Source of the DNA: an uncultured Nitrospiraceae bacterium
Lineage (GTDB): Bacteria > Nitrospirota > Nitrospiria > Nitrospirales > Nitrospiraceae
NCBI GenBank assembly: GCA_963730935.1
Contig: CAVSTP010000004.1
Span: forward strand, 800,001-864,000
Direction: 5' to 3'
DNA length: 64,000 bases
Part shown: positions 1 to 10,150 of the stretch, piece after piece
Layout of the letters: every line of letters starts with the position of its first letter
How positions within the stretch are numbered: position 1 is the first letter of the stretch
Program-made: the position numbers and the translations under genes
The notes under the pieces: generated by a model
What the model was told of the DNA's origin: nothing
Database searches by the model: none
The model's input: only the letters and a program-made list of their open reading frames with translations

Positions 1-408
1 GCTCAAGTGGCTACAAGACCCCACGCTGATCACGTCATACCTTGGAGCTACATCCTAGAAGACAGGGCATGGAACCTTGTATTGAGCTGCGACAGGTGCA
101 ACCGCAACAAATGGTTTTACCTTCCTCCTGAGAAGCCATTCCTCGACAAGCTTATCCAGCGTAACCAACTCCTAATCCAAGGTAATCTCCAGTCCTTTCC
201 TAATGGGACAAAGATAAAGAGAGACTTCGCCGAATGGGACGCCCCCCGCTTGGACAAGCATATCCGGGAGTCCTGGCATAAGGCACAAGCAGACGGATTC
301 AGAATTTGGCAGCCTTCTTTGGATAATAATGGGGGAAAGAAAACGGGATATTATGAATTTCGCGGCATGTGGCGGAGGTTCTTAGAACAGGAATCATGCT
401 TCCTTTGA
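1..408 (+). CDS. HNH endonuclease domain protein (5' partial)
   Basis: HADHVIPWS...WNLVLSCDRCNRNK HNH motif. Frame is open from base 1. The C-terminal ~25 aa read through a repeat copy. Confidence 0.8.
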   Translation, partial: AQVATRPHADHVIPWSYILEDRAWNLVLSCDRCNRNKWFYLPPEKPFLDKLIQRNQLLIQGNLQSFPNGTKIKRDFAEWDAPRLDKHIRESWHKAQADGFRIWQPSLDNNGGKKTGYYEFRGMWRRFLEQESCFL

Positions 409-890
409 AAAAGAAACGAGCTTCCGCTCTCTTTGAGTCGTTCGGAAAGATTCTGGATGAGCTAAGACGTAGAGATATACTACGCAGTAGTAATAGCCCA
501 ATCTCTGACTTTGCAGAGCTGCTTGTTTGCCGTGCCCTAAAGCTTGAGCGTGAGCCGCCGTCCACCAAGGGATTTGATGCGAAAGATCGCCGAGGCCGGC
601 GGTACGAGATCAAAGGCCGTCGCCTGACTCCCTGGAACAACTCCCGCCAGCTTAGTGCTATTCGTGATATAGAAGGGGAACATTTCCAATTCCTGGCTGT
701 TGTGCTCTTCGAGAATGACTTCTCGATTTGCCGTGCATGTGTTGTACCGGCAACTCTTGTCACGACCTCCGCGCGATATAGGAAAAATGTTAATGCGTGG
801 ATACTCCATGCAAACGATAAGCTTTTCCAACATACAGATGTTAGGGACATCACAAATGAAGTGCGACGGGCCTGGCGCAATACCCGCTAA
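396..890 (+). CDS. Putative PD-(D/E)xK nuclease-like protein (DUF6998-like)
   Basis: SPISDFAE...KGFDA...RYEIKGRR motif. ATG at 396 with an upstream AGGAA. Confidence 0.6.
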   Translation: MLPLKKKRASALFESFGKILDELRRRDILRSSNSPISDFAELLVCRALKLEREPPSTKGFDAKDRRGRRYEIKGRRLTPWNNSRQLSAIRDIEGEHFQFLAVVLFENDFSICRACVVPATLVTTSARYRKNVNAWILHANDKLFQHTDVRDITNEVRRAWRNTR

Positions 891-896
891 CTCAGA

Positions 897-1001
897 CTTC
901 GTGGCGTAGCGGGCCGGCTCGTTCCTCGCCTCCGCCGTCCCCTCACCGCTGATCGCACCTCACACCGCGATGGACCTGCGCATCCGTAAAAAGTAGAATG
1001 C
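897..1001 (+). repeat. Long array repeat copy
   Basis: Core, ATCGCACCTCACACCGCGAT module and GTAGAATG end. Confidence 0.85.
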
Positions 1002-1008
1002 ACCAACA

Positions 1009-1356
1009 ATGGCTAAAGCAAGACCAAGAAGTCCTTCTCTTGCCAATCGCCGACTGATTCGCGGGAAAACGGGTGGACGATGTCATGTGTGTGGTGGACC
1101 ACTCGGTAGAAACTGGCACGCTGATCATGTAAGACCGCATGCAATAGGAGGCACCTCTTTAATTGATAACTACCTCCCATGCTGTGGAATCTGTAATCGG
1201 GCACGATGGATGTCTGGATCGAAAGTGATCCGGCGACTGTTTATGTACGGAGTCGTAGCTCGAAAAGAAATACGAGCAGGGACTACGCTTGGTAAAATGT
1301 TTTTGAAGCAAGTGAAGAAACACGTTCTTGGCAAGAGACTGCGGAATAAGATGTGA
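1009..1356 (+). CDS. HNH endonuclease
   Basis: GRCHVCG...HADHV...NYLPCCGICN zinc-finger HNH signature. Confidence 0.85.
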   Translation: MAKARPRSPSLANRRLIRGKTGGRCHVCGGPLGRNWHADHVRPHAIGGTSLIDNYLPCCGICNRARWMSGSKVIRRLFMYGVVARKEIRAGTTLGKMFLKQVKKHVLGKRLRNKM

Positions 1357-1367
1357 ATCGATCCCGG

Positions 1368-1478
1368 CAGCCGGCGCGTTCCTCGCCTCCCCGTCCGCCC
1401 CTCTCACCGCTCATCGCACCTCATACCGCGATAGACCCCGCCCACGTGAAAACGTAGAATGTCCTGGTTTCTTTGACC
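1368..1478 (+). repeat. Long array repeat copy
   Basis: CTCACCGCTCATCGCACCTCATACCGCGATAGACCCCGCCCACGTGAAAACGTAGAATGTCC. Confidence 0.9.
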
Positions 1479-1774
1479 CCGGTTGGCGCCACCCGAAAGT
1501 GCATGGCTTGAAACCAGAAGTACGGCCTGAGTTGAATTGACCCGCTGACTCTTCATAAGCAGGTCGTATCATCTCAAGAAGTCATATAGCCTTGGTGGGC
1601 GCTTCCACATGAACCTTTCGCTGGCCTCTCCTGACTCACTGGGCAGAGACCGTGAGTTTCAGAGACGCTCAAAGAAGGAGGAATCGCCACGTGGATTCTA
1701 TTCGTCATGCGCTGAAAGAGATGCAGACTAAACATACTAATCCCTGAGTCTGCGCCGTATGAAAGGAGAGAGCC

Positions 1775-2839
1775 ATGAGACCAAGTACTCGCGCAGTCAT
1801 CGTGATCGCGGGCGCACTTCTGCTTGGTGTCGGATTGGCGGGTGCTCAATCCGCGCCAGTTGCACCCCCTGTTAGAAGTCCTGCGCAAGACGACCAGCCC
1901 GCGATCACTGAACAGCCAGCAGAGTCTCGTCCAACGACGACGCCGGAACGGGAAACGGCGGCACCGGACGAGGGCCGGATCGAAGATCGAGGCGTTCCAG
2001 TCAAGCCGCTGCTCGGCGTTCCGCCCACGGCCACCGCACCTCTCAAGCTTGTGGGGCCCACAGAGAATCTGACGAAGGTTATCAATACGCTCACGCACAA
2101 ACACAAGAGTCTTACAACCGTGATCACCACCGCACCGGGCCTGCAACTCACGCAACCGGTCGAGATTAGCATCCTCTTTATTTCGCCGTGGGGGACCAAT
2201 ACGCGCCTCACGCAACCCTATCAAAATAAATTCGGGAATCGTTTTGTCTACAACGATCCCGAAGGTGAAGGCAAACTGCGGCACCTGCGCATGGATATCT
2301 GGCTGACCGAGCCCAAGCCGGATGGCGGGCACTATAGCTACTCCATGACCTGGCAGGCGGATCTTGATCCGTTGTACGACATCACGGTCAGCCCGTTGAT
2401 GTTTACATTGGTGTCCGATTGCGACACTGTTCCTCTTGTGGGAACCCCGCTCGGCAATAGTGAAATCCGATTTCATTGGGCGGATCCAGCCATTTCTGAT
2501 GGCTGGTACAACTTGTCCTTCAACACCGTGAAAGGCAGGCCTGTGTCGATCAACCAGTTCGCCTGGTCGCGCACAGAATTGAGCGCGAGCGCCGTTGCCT
2601 CCATGAACCTCCATTTACCGGCCATTCTCTGGAAGGAACATGATCCCCATCTGGGGGTCGAATATGGAGGCTTACCAACGTTTTCCAAGGTGCCGCTGCC
2701 GGCCACAACCCAGGACTTCCAGTTCGCTTTATTCCCAGGTCAGCTATATCCCGGCCCGGAAGAAATTCGGGGCAATACATGCATCGCCCGACTCCAATAC
2801 AGGATTACGCGCATCCTCCGCACGTACTCCACTCTGTAA
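1775..2839 (+). CDS. Secreted hypothetical protein
   Basis: Signal peptide, Pro/Ala-rich linker, AAGGAG RBS. Confidence 0.75.
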   Translation: MRPSTRAVIVIAGALLLGVGLAGAQSAPVAPPVRSPAQDDQPAITEQPAESRPTTTPERETAAPDEGRIEDRGVPVKPLLGVPPTATAPLKLVGPTENLTKVINTLTHKHKSLTTVITTAPGLQLTQPVEISILFISPWGTNTRLTQPYQNKFGNRFVYNDPEGEGKLRHLRMDIWLTEPKPDGGHYSYSMTWQADLDPLYDITVSPLMFTLVSDCDTVPLVGTPLGNSEIRFHWADPAISDGWYNLSFNTVKGRPVSINQFAWSRTELSASAVASMNLHLPAILWKEHDPHLGVEYGGLPTFSKVPLPATTQDFQFALFPGQLYPGPEEIRGNTCIARLQYRITRILRTYSTL

Positions 2840-2972
2840 GGGGAATCGAAAGGAAGAATCCAGATATGAAAGCCAACTAACAAGAAAAGGGGAGAGGCTA
2901 CTTTGCTAAGTGCTTGAAGATTTGGGAACCGGTGCAGGAACCATTTTGCGGCGCGTGGCGGGCCGTGTGATA

Positions 2973-3305
2973 TTACGCTGCCGCGTCATCAACCCCGGCA
3001 TGGCTGTATTTCGTGTGTTTCAATAGTGCGCCGGTCTTCCAATTGGCGTACGCGCCATAGGCATCCACGAGAATTCCCTTGAGTCCACTCGACTCTTCGA
3101 GCGCATACACAACCGATGAATCGTCCGGGTCAGACATTCCTTCGAAGCGGTGATGCTCGACAATTGTAAGGTCATCGCTTTTGAAAGTCCGGTCACCTGC
3201 AGTAAGCTGCCCGTCCTCTTTGGCAACCGTAAACTCGGTGGTGAATCCGCGCTGCCGCAACCCTTCCACCGCCTCCACCATGCTTTTGTAGACGTGAGTT
3301 GACAT
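2973..3305 (-). CDS. Small conserved protein (HRFEGxSDPDD family, often labelled phosphoribosylpyrophosphate synthetase-like)
   Basis: HHRFEGMSDPDDSSVVYA...GILVDAYGAY motif; GGAGGAG RBS. Confidence 0.75.
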   Translation of the reverse strand: MSTHVYKSMVEAVEGLRQRGFTTEFTVAKEDGQLTAGDRTFKSDDLTIVEHHRFEGMSDPDDSSVVYALEESSGLKGILVDAYGAYANWKTGALLKHTKYSHAGVDDAAA

Positions 3306-3400
3306 TGCCACTCCTCCTTGAACCTTCTTGCTTCTTTAATAGTATGGGCCAGCGACACGAGGCAAGGGACTAGCGAATGCCCGAGAGTTAGAAAGCACAG

Positions 3401-3509
3401 AGGAAGTGGGAACATTCTCAATTTCGCGCAGTGTGGCGGGCCGGCGCGGTCCTCGCTCATCCCCTCACCGCTCATCGCACCTCACACCGCGATAGACCCC
3501 GCCCACGTG
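3401..3509 (+). repeat. Long array repeat copy
   Basis: GGAACATTCT adaptor, core and middle module. Confidence 0.85.
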
Positions 3510-3602
3510 TACCGTATCCAAGCTTGCTCTTCGTGATGCATCCCTCCTCGGCTTTGCGCTAGACTGCCTCCATCAGTCTGCATTCTCAATCTGAGGCCTA
3601 GC

Positions 3603-4628
3603 ATGACAGAACCCCCCGCCGCGTCGGTCCCGCCTCATGCCCAACTGGTGCAGATGGGCACGGCGCATTGGATGTCGCATGTTCTTTACGTCGCTGCGAA
3701 ATTGAGCCTGGTCGATCATATGGCCAAGGGGCGGACACGAGTTGATGACCTGGCCGCTGTAACGAAGACTCACTCCGCTTCGCTCGGACGCTTCCTCCGG
3801 ACGCTCGGGCATCTTGGGCTCGTGACCGAAGACGGAGAAGACCGCTTCACGTTGACGCCGCTTGGTGAGGCGCTGAAGACCGGCGCGCCCGGTTCGGCGC
3901 GGGCAGCAATCCTGACGCTGGCAAGCCCTTGGATCACGAACGGATGGACACACTTACTCGAGTCGGTCCAAACCGGAAAGCCGGGATTGGACCAGACCCT
4001 CGGCATGCCCATTTTCGACTGGCTAGCAAAGCATCCTGAAGAAGCCTCGCTGTTCAGCGAGACCATGGTGAGTTTTCATGGAGCCGAACCGGCGGCAGTG
4101 GCCGCGGCCTACGATTTCTCCACGATGAAGACGGTCATAGACATTGGCGGGGCAACGGGGAATCTCTTGGCTGCGATTCTCGCTCGATATCCTGGCTTGC
4201 GCGGCATCCTGTACGATCTTCCGCACGTTGTTCGTGATGCTCCGGCCCTGCTGGAGGCTCGTGGAGTGACTGATCGTGCAACAATCACGTCCGGCAGTTT
4301 CTTCGACCGTGTGCCAAGGGGTGGCGACGCGTATCTGTTGTCGCACATCATTCACGATTGGTCTGAGGCGCAGTGCCTGACAATACTGGGCCACTGCCGG
4401 AGCGCCATGGCACCGTCCAGCCGCGTCCTGATCATCGAAATGGTCCTGCCGTCCGGCAATGCGCCACATCCCGGCAAGATGCTCGACATGATGATGCTCG
4501 TCGGTCCCGGAGGCCAGGAACGGACCGAGCCAGAGTATCGCACGCTTCTCAGCAAGGCTGGGCTTCGGTTGACCAAGGTCGTGCCCACGAATTCTGCCGT
4601 AAGCGTCGTGGAGGCAATGATCGCCTAA
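3603..4628 (+). CDS. SAM-dependent O-methyltransferase (dimerisation + Methyltransf_2)
   Basis: IDIGGATG, YDLP, GSFF, HIIHDW motifs. Confidence 0.9.
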   Translation: MTEPPAASVPPHAQLVQMGTAHWMSHVLYVAAKLSLVDHMAKGRTRVDDLAAVTKTHSASLGRFLRTLGHLGLVTEDGEDRFTLTPLGEALKTGAPGSARAAILTLASPWITNGWTHLLESVQTGKPGLDQTLGMPIFDWLAKHPEEASLFSETMVSFHGAEPAAVAAAYDFSTMKTVIDIGGATGNLLAAILARYPGLRGILYDLPHVVRDAPALLEARGVTDRATITSGSFFDRVPRGGDAYLLSHIIHDWSEAQCLTILGHCRSAMAPSSRVLIIEMVLPSGNAPHPGKMLDMMMLVGPGGQERTEPEYRTLLSKAGLRLTKVVPTNSAVSVVEAMIA

Positions 4629-4651
4629 TTATTAAGCCGCAGAAGGAGCGA

Positions 4652-4846
4652 CAAGAAGAAGGGGACACGGAGGGAGAGAAGGTGTCATCAACTATTTCGC
4701 GGCGCGTGGCAAGCCGGCGCGTTCCTCGCTTCCCCGCCCCGTTCCATCCGATCGCTCATCGCACCTCACACCGCGATAGACCCCGCCCACGTGAAACCGT
4801 AGAATATCCTCGCTTCTTCCATAGAAGTCAGACTCGAAAGGCGGTT
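4652..4846 (+). repeat. Long array repeat copy with distal GAAGTCAGACTCG module
   Basis: Adaptors, core, middle module and GTAGAAT. Confidence 0.85.
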
Positions 4847-4983
4847 AGGTCTTGCAATCCAACAAAACAGATGACGCTTTGAAAGATCTCGCTGAGAGGC
4901 AGACGATCGCAGGAGACATAGAAGCCGCCAAAGCAACTGCATCCCAAATCACCTACTTCAATTACCGGCGGCAAGTCTGGAGA

Positions 4984-5162
4984 ATAAGAAAGGGGACAGG
5001 CTACTTTACTAAGTGCTTGAATGGTCTTCCACGCTTCCTTAAGGTCGATTCTAACCTCAGTGCCACAGCGGTGATCGATCGCCACGAGTTCGTCCCAAAC
5101 GGCTGTTGTCGATTCACACACGTGCGCACCGCCCTCAATTCATGATCAAACAGGGCTCATCG
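4984..5162 (-). pseudogene. 3'-terminal fragment of RAYT transposase
   Basis: Near-identical (about 4 differences) to 9444-9624. Confidence 0.9.
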
Positions 5163-5506
5163 GGGATAAGAAAAGGGACAGGCTACCTTTCTAAGTGCTT
5201 GAAGAGTTTCGAAGTGGTGCCACCAACCATTTCATGGCGCGTAACGGGCCGGCTTACTCACCGCCCCTCCCAGCAGGACATCTTGCGGACTCCCCTCGTT
5301 GACGTCGTTTCTACCGCGCTCTGCATGCCGGTCTGGATTCGAAGATAAATTTGCCTTATCCTGCACGGCTAAACCTGCTTAGGGAGTATCTTCGTTGAGC
5401 TCCGACCCAGCGTTCCGATCGCTCTGTATCCGGGAGACACTTGCCTATCGAACCTAGGAGGTTGTTGAGACGACCTATGGAATGAACCGGTCAGGGGAGG
5501 TGCACC

Positions 5507-6445
5507 ATGAAGCTGAATAAGCTTGCAGGCGTGACGTTCGGGGCAGCAATCGGCCTTTTCCTTCTCGGATCAGAACGCGCGCTCACTCAGCCTCAGCAAC
5601 CACTCGTCGGTTCCGGATTTGACCTGGATTTTCACAAGAGACAATTCCCGTCAGGAATCCCCGTGGCAGATATCCTGCCTGTACCCGGTCGAAAGACGGA
5701 AAGCGGTCCCAATATTCCTCTCCCACAGGACCATTTCGATGTTACGACTGTCGGACCGGTGGAACCGATTCCGAAGATCGGCTTGCAGGGGTTGGTTCTC
5801 GCTTCTACCCAGCCGGATCTCGTCATCCGGGGGCTCAGTTTCACCCCGGAAGGGAAGGTCCGCTACTTCGTCCTCAACCTGAGTACCCAAGCCGTCGCCC
5901 CTCCCTTTGTCGTCGATCTACTCTACAACGGTCAGCGGCGCGATACAGTCAAACACAACGGTCTGCCTCCGCTCAGTCAACAACGCGTGGAGTCCTCATT
6001 GGCCAATCCGGGTGGCTGCGCAATTGCACAACTCCGTGCAATTGCAGATACACAGCAGACCGTGGCGGAGACGAACGAAGCCAACAACACGGAGGTGAAT
6101 TCACAAGTTCCACCCTGTCCCGACCTGATCGTCCACATCGAGAAGGAGGAGACGGACACGCTTCACTATCGTGCGAAAATCAAGGTGACCAACAAGGGAA
6201 ACCGAGCAGCGGGCAGACCGTTCATCGTGTTTGCCCGTGAATCGAGCGGACCGGCGGGCTATATCACCGTGCCGCCGGCAGAAAAGCGGATCGACGATCT
6301 TGAAGCAGGGGCAACCACGAGCTTTCACTATGGCGGCAATCATCTGAAGACGTCGGCGGTCGGCTATCATGCCATTGTGGACCGTTTTGACGACATCAAG
6401 GAATCCGATGAGACAAACAACAATGTTTCGAAAACGCTGCCGTGA
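5507..6445 (+). CDS. Secreted CARDB-domain protein
   Basis: Signal peptide; two PDL...ETNEANN / ESDETNN CARDB-type repeats. Confidence 0.8.
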   Translation: MKLNKLAGVTFGAAIGLFLLGSERALTQPQQPLVGSGFDLDFHKRQFPSGIPVADILPVPGRKTESGPNIPLPQDHFDVTTVGPVEPIPKIGLQGLVLASTQPDLVIRGLSFTPEGKVRYFVLNLSTQAVAPPFVVDLLYNGQRRDTVKHNGLPPLSQQRVESSLANPGGCAIAQLRAIADTQQTVAETNEANNTEVNSQVPPCPDLIVHIEKEETDTLHYRAKIKVTNKGNRAAGRPFIVFARESSGPAGYITVPPAEKRIDDLEAGATTSFHYGGNHLKTSAVGYHAIVDRFDDIKESDETNNNVSKTLP

Positions 6446-6744
6446 GGGAACCATCCACTAATGAATCACATCTGCGAGACGATCTTCGTCCCAGCTGCAA
6501 TTCGTATCTGCGGATGAATGAACCATTTCGCGGCGCGTGGCGGGACGCACGTTTCCGCGATTCTCCGCCTCGCTCCTCCTACCGGAGCCGCGCACGCTAC
6601 GCCAGCATTTTCACTGCAAAACAAAGTAGCCTGTCCCCTTTTAACCCCACACAGCACACATGGTCACTGGTTTCCACAACTGACTTGGTATATGTTCTGC
6701 GCCTGCGGTTTCAGAACACGACTTCATCTCAGGGGAGACTTACG

Positions 6745-7251
6745 ATGAACATCAGATACCTTATCCTGTGGCTAGCGCTAGGGCTGGTCACCGCCGGAGG
6801 CTGTTCGAAGGTGAAGGAGATGTACGAGGATAGGAGGTACGAGATCAAGGTACGCACGAATTTCGACGAGTCCATCGACTTTTCTTCGTTTCATACCTTT
6901 GCCCATTCGGGGATGACGGACAGAGGACGAAAGATCGCGGCCACTGACAACAAATCGCCCTTGAGGACGAGGATCAAGGAAATCGTCAACAAGCAACTCG
7001 TCGCCAAGGAACTTCGGCAAGTCGGCTTGGAAGACCGCCCAGACCTGCTCGTAGATTTATTGTTCGGCATGATGGATGCCGATAAATATCAGGAAGCCAC
7101 CTTGGTAGTGAATCTGGCTGAATCGTCGAAAAAGAAGCGGGTGTGGCAGGCCGTGATTACCGAAACGGTGGGAGAGAGCTTGGAGAAGAACTTTGAATCG
7201 GTCGACAAGGGAGTCGCTAAGGCATTCAAAGACTATCCCCCGGCCAAATAA
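6745..7251 (+). CDS. DUF4136-like lipoprotein
   Basis: Lipobox AGGC; DFSSFHTF, PDLLV, VWQA and YPP termini; GGAG RBS. Confidence 0.7.
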   Translation: MNIRYLILWLALGLVTAGGCSKVKEMYEDRRYEIKVRTNFDESIDFSSFHTFAHSGMTDRGRKIAATDNKSPLRTRIKEIVNKQLVAKELRQVGLEDRPDLLVDLLFGMMDADKYQEATLVVNLAESSKKKRVWQAVITETVGESLEKNFESVDKGVAKAFKDYPPAK

Positions 7252-7255
7252 AGAG

Positions 7256-7418
7256 AAGAGAAACGGGACATTCTGCTTTTTCTAATCCATAAGGAACCAT
7301 TTCGCGGCGCGGGGCGGGCCGGATCGTTCCTCGCCTCCCTGCCCCTCCCCTCTCCCTCACCGCTCATCGCACCCCTCACACCGCGATAGACCCCGCCCAC
7401 GTGAAAAAGTAGAATGTC
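7256..7418 (+). repeat. Long array repeat copy
   Basis: GGGACATTCT adaptor through GTAGAATGTC. Confidence 0.9.
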
Positions 7419-7521
7419 ATAGTTTCTTTCTCATGCTCGGCACTATGGCATCAGGAATTTTGGACAATCGCGACATAAGTTGATTCACGCGACGCCGGCC
7501 ATCTAGCTCAGAGAGACCACT

Positions 7522-8307
7522 GTGTTGGTGCACATCATCGCCGATTACGGAATGGGAGACCTCGCGTTCGCCGAGGTCGTCCAACGGATCAAGGTGCATT
7601 TGCCCGACATGGAACCAGTATTGACGCCTGTCCCGGCTTTCTCCACAATCGCGGCCGGCTTTTGCATCGCACAGATCGGCCTGCATCCTTCGCCTCCAGG
7701 TACGCTCATCTATCACAACGTGGCCCCGCGGGAAGACGATCCCGCCGCCCGTGCACAGAACGCCGGCGAGCGCCTCGCTTACGCACGTCTGCCAACCGGC
7801 GTCCGCGTGATCGGGGTAAACGCAGGACACGCCCTTTCCTTTATAAAGGATGTGGCCGAGAAGCTCCGCTGGGCAGCCTCTTCGGCCGAAGGAAGCCAGT
7901 TTCGATCACGAGATGTGTTTCCTCAAGCGGCGGCAGCCATTGCGCTGGGCCTGCCCGCCGCTTTGGGTAACGACCTCGATCCCGAAAGCATTCCTTCGCC
8001 TCCCGTCTCGGCGGTGGCATATGTAGACGGCTACGGCAACCTCAAGACGACCATTGCCTACGACCCGAATCGAGTTCGACCCGGCAAGCGGATCACCGTG
8101 CGGATCAACGAGCGTCAGCATGAGGCCACGGTCAGCGATGGGGCGTTCGCCGTGCCTCACGGCGAACTGGCATTCGCACCGGGCAGCAGCGGTTGGACGC
8201 TACGTGATGGAAGCAACGTGCGCTGGGTAGAGCTCTTCCTTCGAGGTGGGAACGCCTGGAATCTGTTCGACCGTCCGGCGCCAGGATCGTTCATCGCCAT
8301 CCACTAA
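7522..8307 (+). CDS. SAM hydrolase / SAM-dependent halogenase family (DUF62)
   Basis: IADYG, QFRSRDVF, YVDGYGNLKT motifs. Confidence 0.8.
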   Translation: MLVHIIADYGMGDLAFAEVVQRIKVHLPDMEPVLTPVPAFSTIAAGFCIAQIGLHPSPPGTLIYHNVAPREDDPAARAQNAGERLAYARLPTGVRVIGVNAGHALSFIKDVAEKLRWAASSAEGSQFRSRDVFPQAAAAIALGLPAALGNDLDPESIPSPPVSAVAYVDGYGNLKTTIAYDPNRVRPGKRITVRINERQHEATVSDGAFAVPHGELAFAPGSSGWTLRDGSNVRWVELFLRGGNAWNLFDRPAPGSFIAIH

Positions 8308-8391
8308 TGCGCCTATAGTCTTCACGTGTAGCCCTTTGATCCCAGATCTCAAAATAATCGGCATTTCACAGTTGCCAAAGAATGGTTGAGA

Positions 8392-8543
8392 GGAATCATT
8401 TCACGCCGCGTGGCGGCCGGCTCGTGCCTCGCCTCCTTGCCCGGACTTCACCCCTCACCGCTCCTCGCACCTCACACCGCGATAGACCCCGCCCACGTGA
8501 AAAACGTAGAATGTCTTGGTTTCTTTGACCGAAGTGAGACTTG
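8392..8543 (+). repeat. Long array repeat copy
   Basis: Core, middle module, GTAGAATGTC and GACCGAAGTGAGACT. Confidence 0.9.
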
Positions 8544-8608
8544 ATCCGGTTAGGTGAGATCACTTCCCGACGCGTCGAGAATTCTTACATGATAGGACTG
8601 ACAAGATC

Positions 8609-9421
8609 ATGAATCTAAGACTTGAAGGCAGAAGAGCATTAATCACGAATGTCACTGGGCCTATCGGAGCGAGCATTGCCCAAGCGTTAGTCCATGAAGG
8701 CGTTGCTGTCGCATTGCATGGGGATAAAGAGGAAGTGAGTCGTATTGTTAGAGAAATTATTGCGAACGGCGGGAGGGCCAGTTGGACTACTGGGGACTTG
8801 GGTACAGACGAGGGAGTTGCGCACGTCATAGATCGAGCCATGGTGGAATGCGGTGGAATCGACATTCTTATTCATAACAGTAAAGTGCTGCCCGAACACG
8901 GATGGTTACATCAGCCTCCTGAATATTGGAACGACTTGTACAATCAGAATGTTGTATCTCTTGTGCGCCTAGTACGCATGTTGGAGCCACATATGCGGCA
9001 ACGGGGATGGGGCCGGGTAATTTTAGTGCCAGGAGGAAGGCAGCGGCAAACCAATGATATAGCAGATCACTCCGTTACCGACGCTGCAAACATCAATGTG
9101 ACAATAAGTCTCGCTCATGAGCTCGCACGAACCGGTATTACGGTGAATACGATAACGCCGGGGGTCATTGTGACGAACGATTCGGAGCAGTTTTGGCGCA
9201 AAGTGGCTGAAAAGCATGGATGGACTGGTGACTGGAAGGAAATCGAAGAACGTCTCTGTGACGAAGTATTATATGGTCCTACCGATCGCCTCGGGCGAGC
9301 CGAAGACGTCGCAACCCTTGTCGCCTTTGTCGCAAGTCCGGTTGCCGACTTCATTAACGGTACAAATCTGGCTGTAGATGGCGGATACACCGCTGCTCTT
9401 CGGCATCTCGCAATGCACTAA
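8609..9421 (+). CDS. SDR family oxidoreductase (degenerate motifs)
   Basis: GRRALIT, GITVNTITPG, NGTNLAVDGG. The YxxxK motif is not evident. Confidence 0.8.
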   Translation: MNLRLEGRRALITNVTGPIGASIAQALVHEGVAVALHGDKEEVSRIVREIIANGGRASWTTGDLGTDEGVAHVIDRAMVECGGIDILIHNSKVLPEHGWLHQPPEYWNDLYNQNVVSLVRLVRMLEPHMRQRGWGRVILVPGGRQRQTNDIADHSVTDAANINVTISLAHELARTGITVNTITPGVIVTNDSEQFWRKVAEKHGWTGDWKEIEERLCDEVLYGPTDRLGRAEDVATLVAFVASPVADFINGTNLAVDGGYTAALRHLAMH

Positions 9422-9461
9422 AAGGAGAAAGAGTCATACCAGGATAAGAAAAGGGGACAGG

Positions 9462-10112
9462 CTACTTTACTAAGTGCTTGAATGGTCTTCCACGCTTCCT
9501 TAAGGTCGATTCTAACCTCAGTGCCACAGCGGTGATCGATCGCCACGAGTCCGTCCCAAACGGCTGTTGTCGATTCACACACGTGCGCATCGCCCTCAAT
9601 TCATGATCAAACAGCGGCTCATCGAGCCAGTGCAACCAGTCGCTGGGCGTCTCGACAGGAATAGGATCACTCACGTGAGAAAAGCGCAGACGTGTCCATG
9701 GCCAGTCCAACACTTGGTTCGCTAGTCCTGCCCGAACCGGATTGCGGAGAATGTATCGGATCACGATCAAGAGATGATCGTCCTGCTGAATGGGAAAACT
9801 CTTGAACCGGCCCTCCCAGAGATGTCCATGGCTCCGGTAATGCTCGTGATATCGTCGGACATGGCTCGTCATCCACCACTGCATGAAGGCACTCACTGCG
9901 CCGTCGACAGCTGGCTGTACAACCAGATGAAAATGATTTGGCATGAGACAGACGGCCAGCACTCTGACCGAGAATTTGGTTCTTGCTTTGGCGAGAAGGT
10001 CCAAGAAGACTGAATAGTCACCGTCTTTGTGGAAGACAGTCATGCCTCCATTGCCGCGATTGAGTACATGGTAGGCATACCCGGCTACTTGTCCGCGCGG
10101 AATCCGAGGCAT
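9462..10112 (-). CDS. rayT: REP-associated tyrosine transposase (RAYT/TnpA-REP, Y1 HUH family)
   Basis: MPRIPR start, YHVLNRGN, CLMPNHFHL (HUH), HLWEGRFKS, RYILRNPVRAG (catalytic Tyr). Confidence 0.9.
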   Translation of the reverse strand: MPRIPRGQVAGYAYHVLNRGNGGMTVFHKDGDYSVFLDLLAKARTKFSVRVLAVCLMPNHFHLVVQPAVDGAVSAFMQWWMTSHVRRYHEHYRSHGHLWEGRFKSFPIQQDDHLLIVIRYILRNPVRAGLANQVLDWPWTRLRFSHVSDPIPVETPSDWLHWLDEPLFDHELRAMRTCVNRQQPFGTDSWRSITAVALRLESTLRKRGRPFKHLVK

Positions 10113-10120
10113 GGGCGCGG

Positions 10121-10150
10121 ACGGTACGCGAACCAGCATTTTCGATGCAA
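10121..10150 (-). promoter_or_regulatory. Putative RAYT promoter (TTGCAT-N18-TACCGT), near-leaderless
   Basis: Lies 8 nt before the ATG with no SD. Conserved as TTGCAC-N18-TACTGT in the 38.4 kb remnant. Confidence 0.4.

Noticed and set aside
1328..1540. Short ORF family containing RRVAGR / AHRTSHRDRPRPRE / KGQATF (also 4373, 13217, 28637, 30310)
   Set aside because: These are translations of the non-coding repeat in varying frames, with no consistent start or stop.
9462..10112. IS200/IS605 element with TnpB
   Set aside because: No tnpB is adjacent, and the protein length and motifs fit RAYT rather than the short IS200 TnpA.
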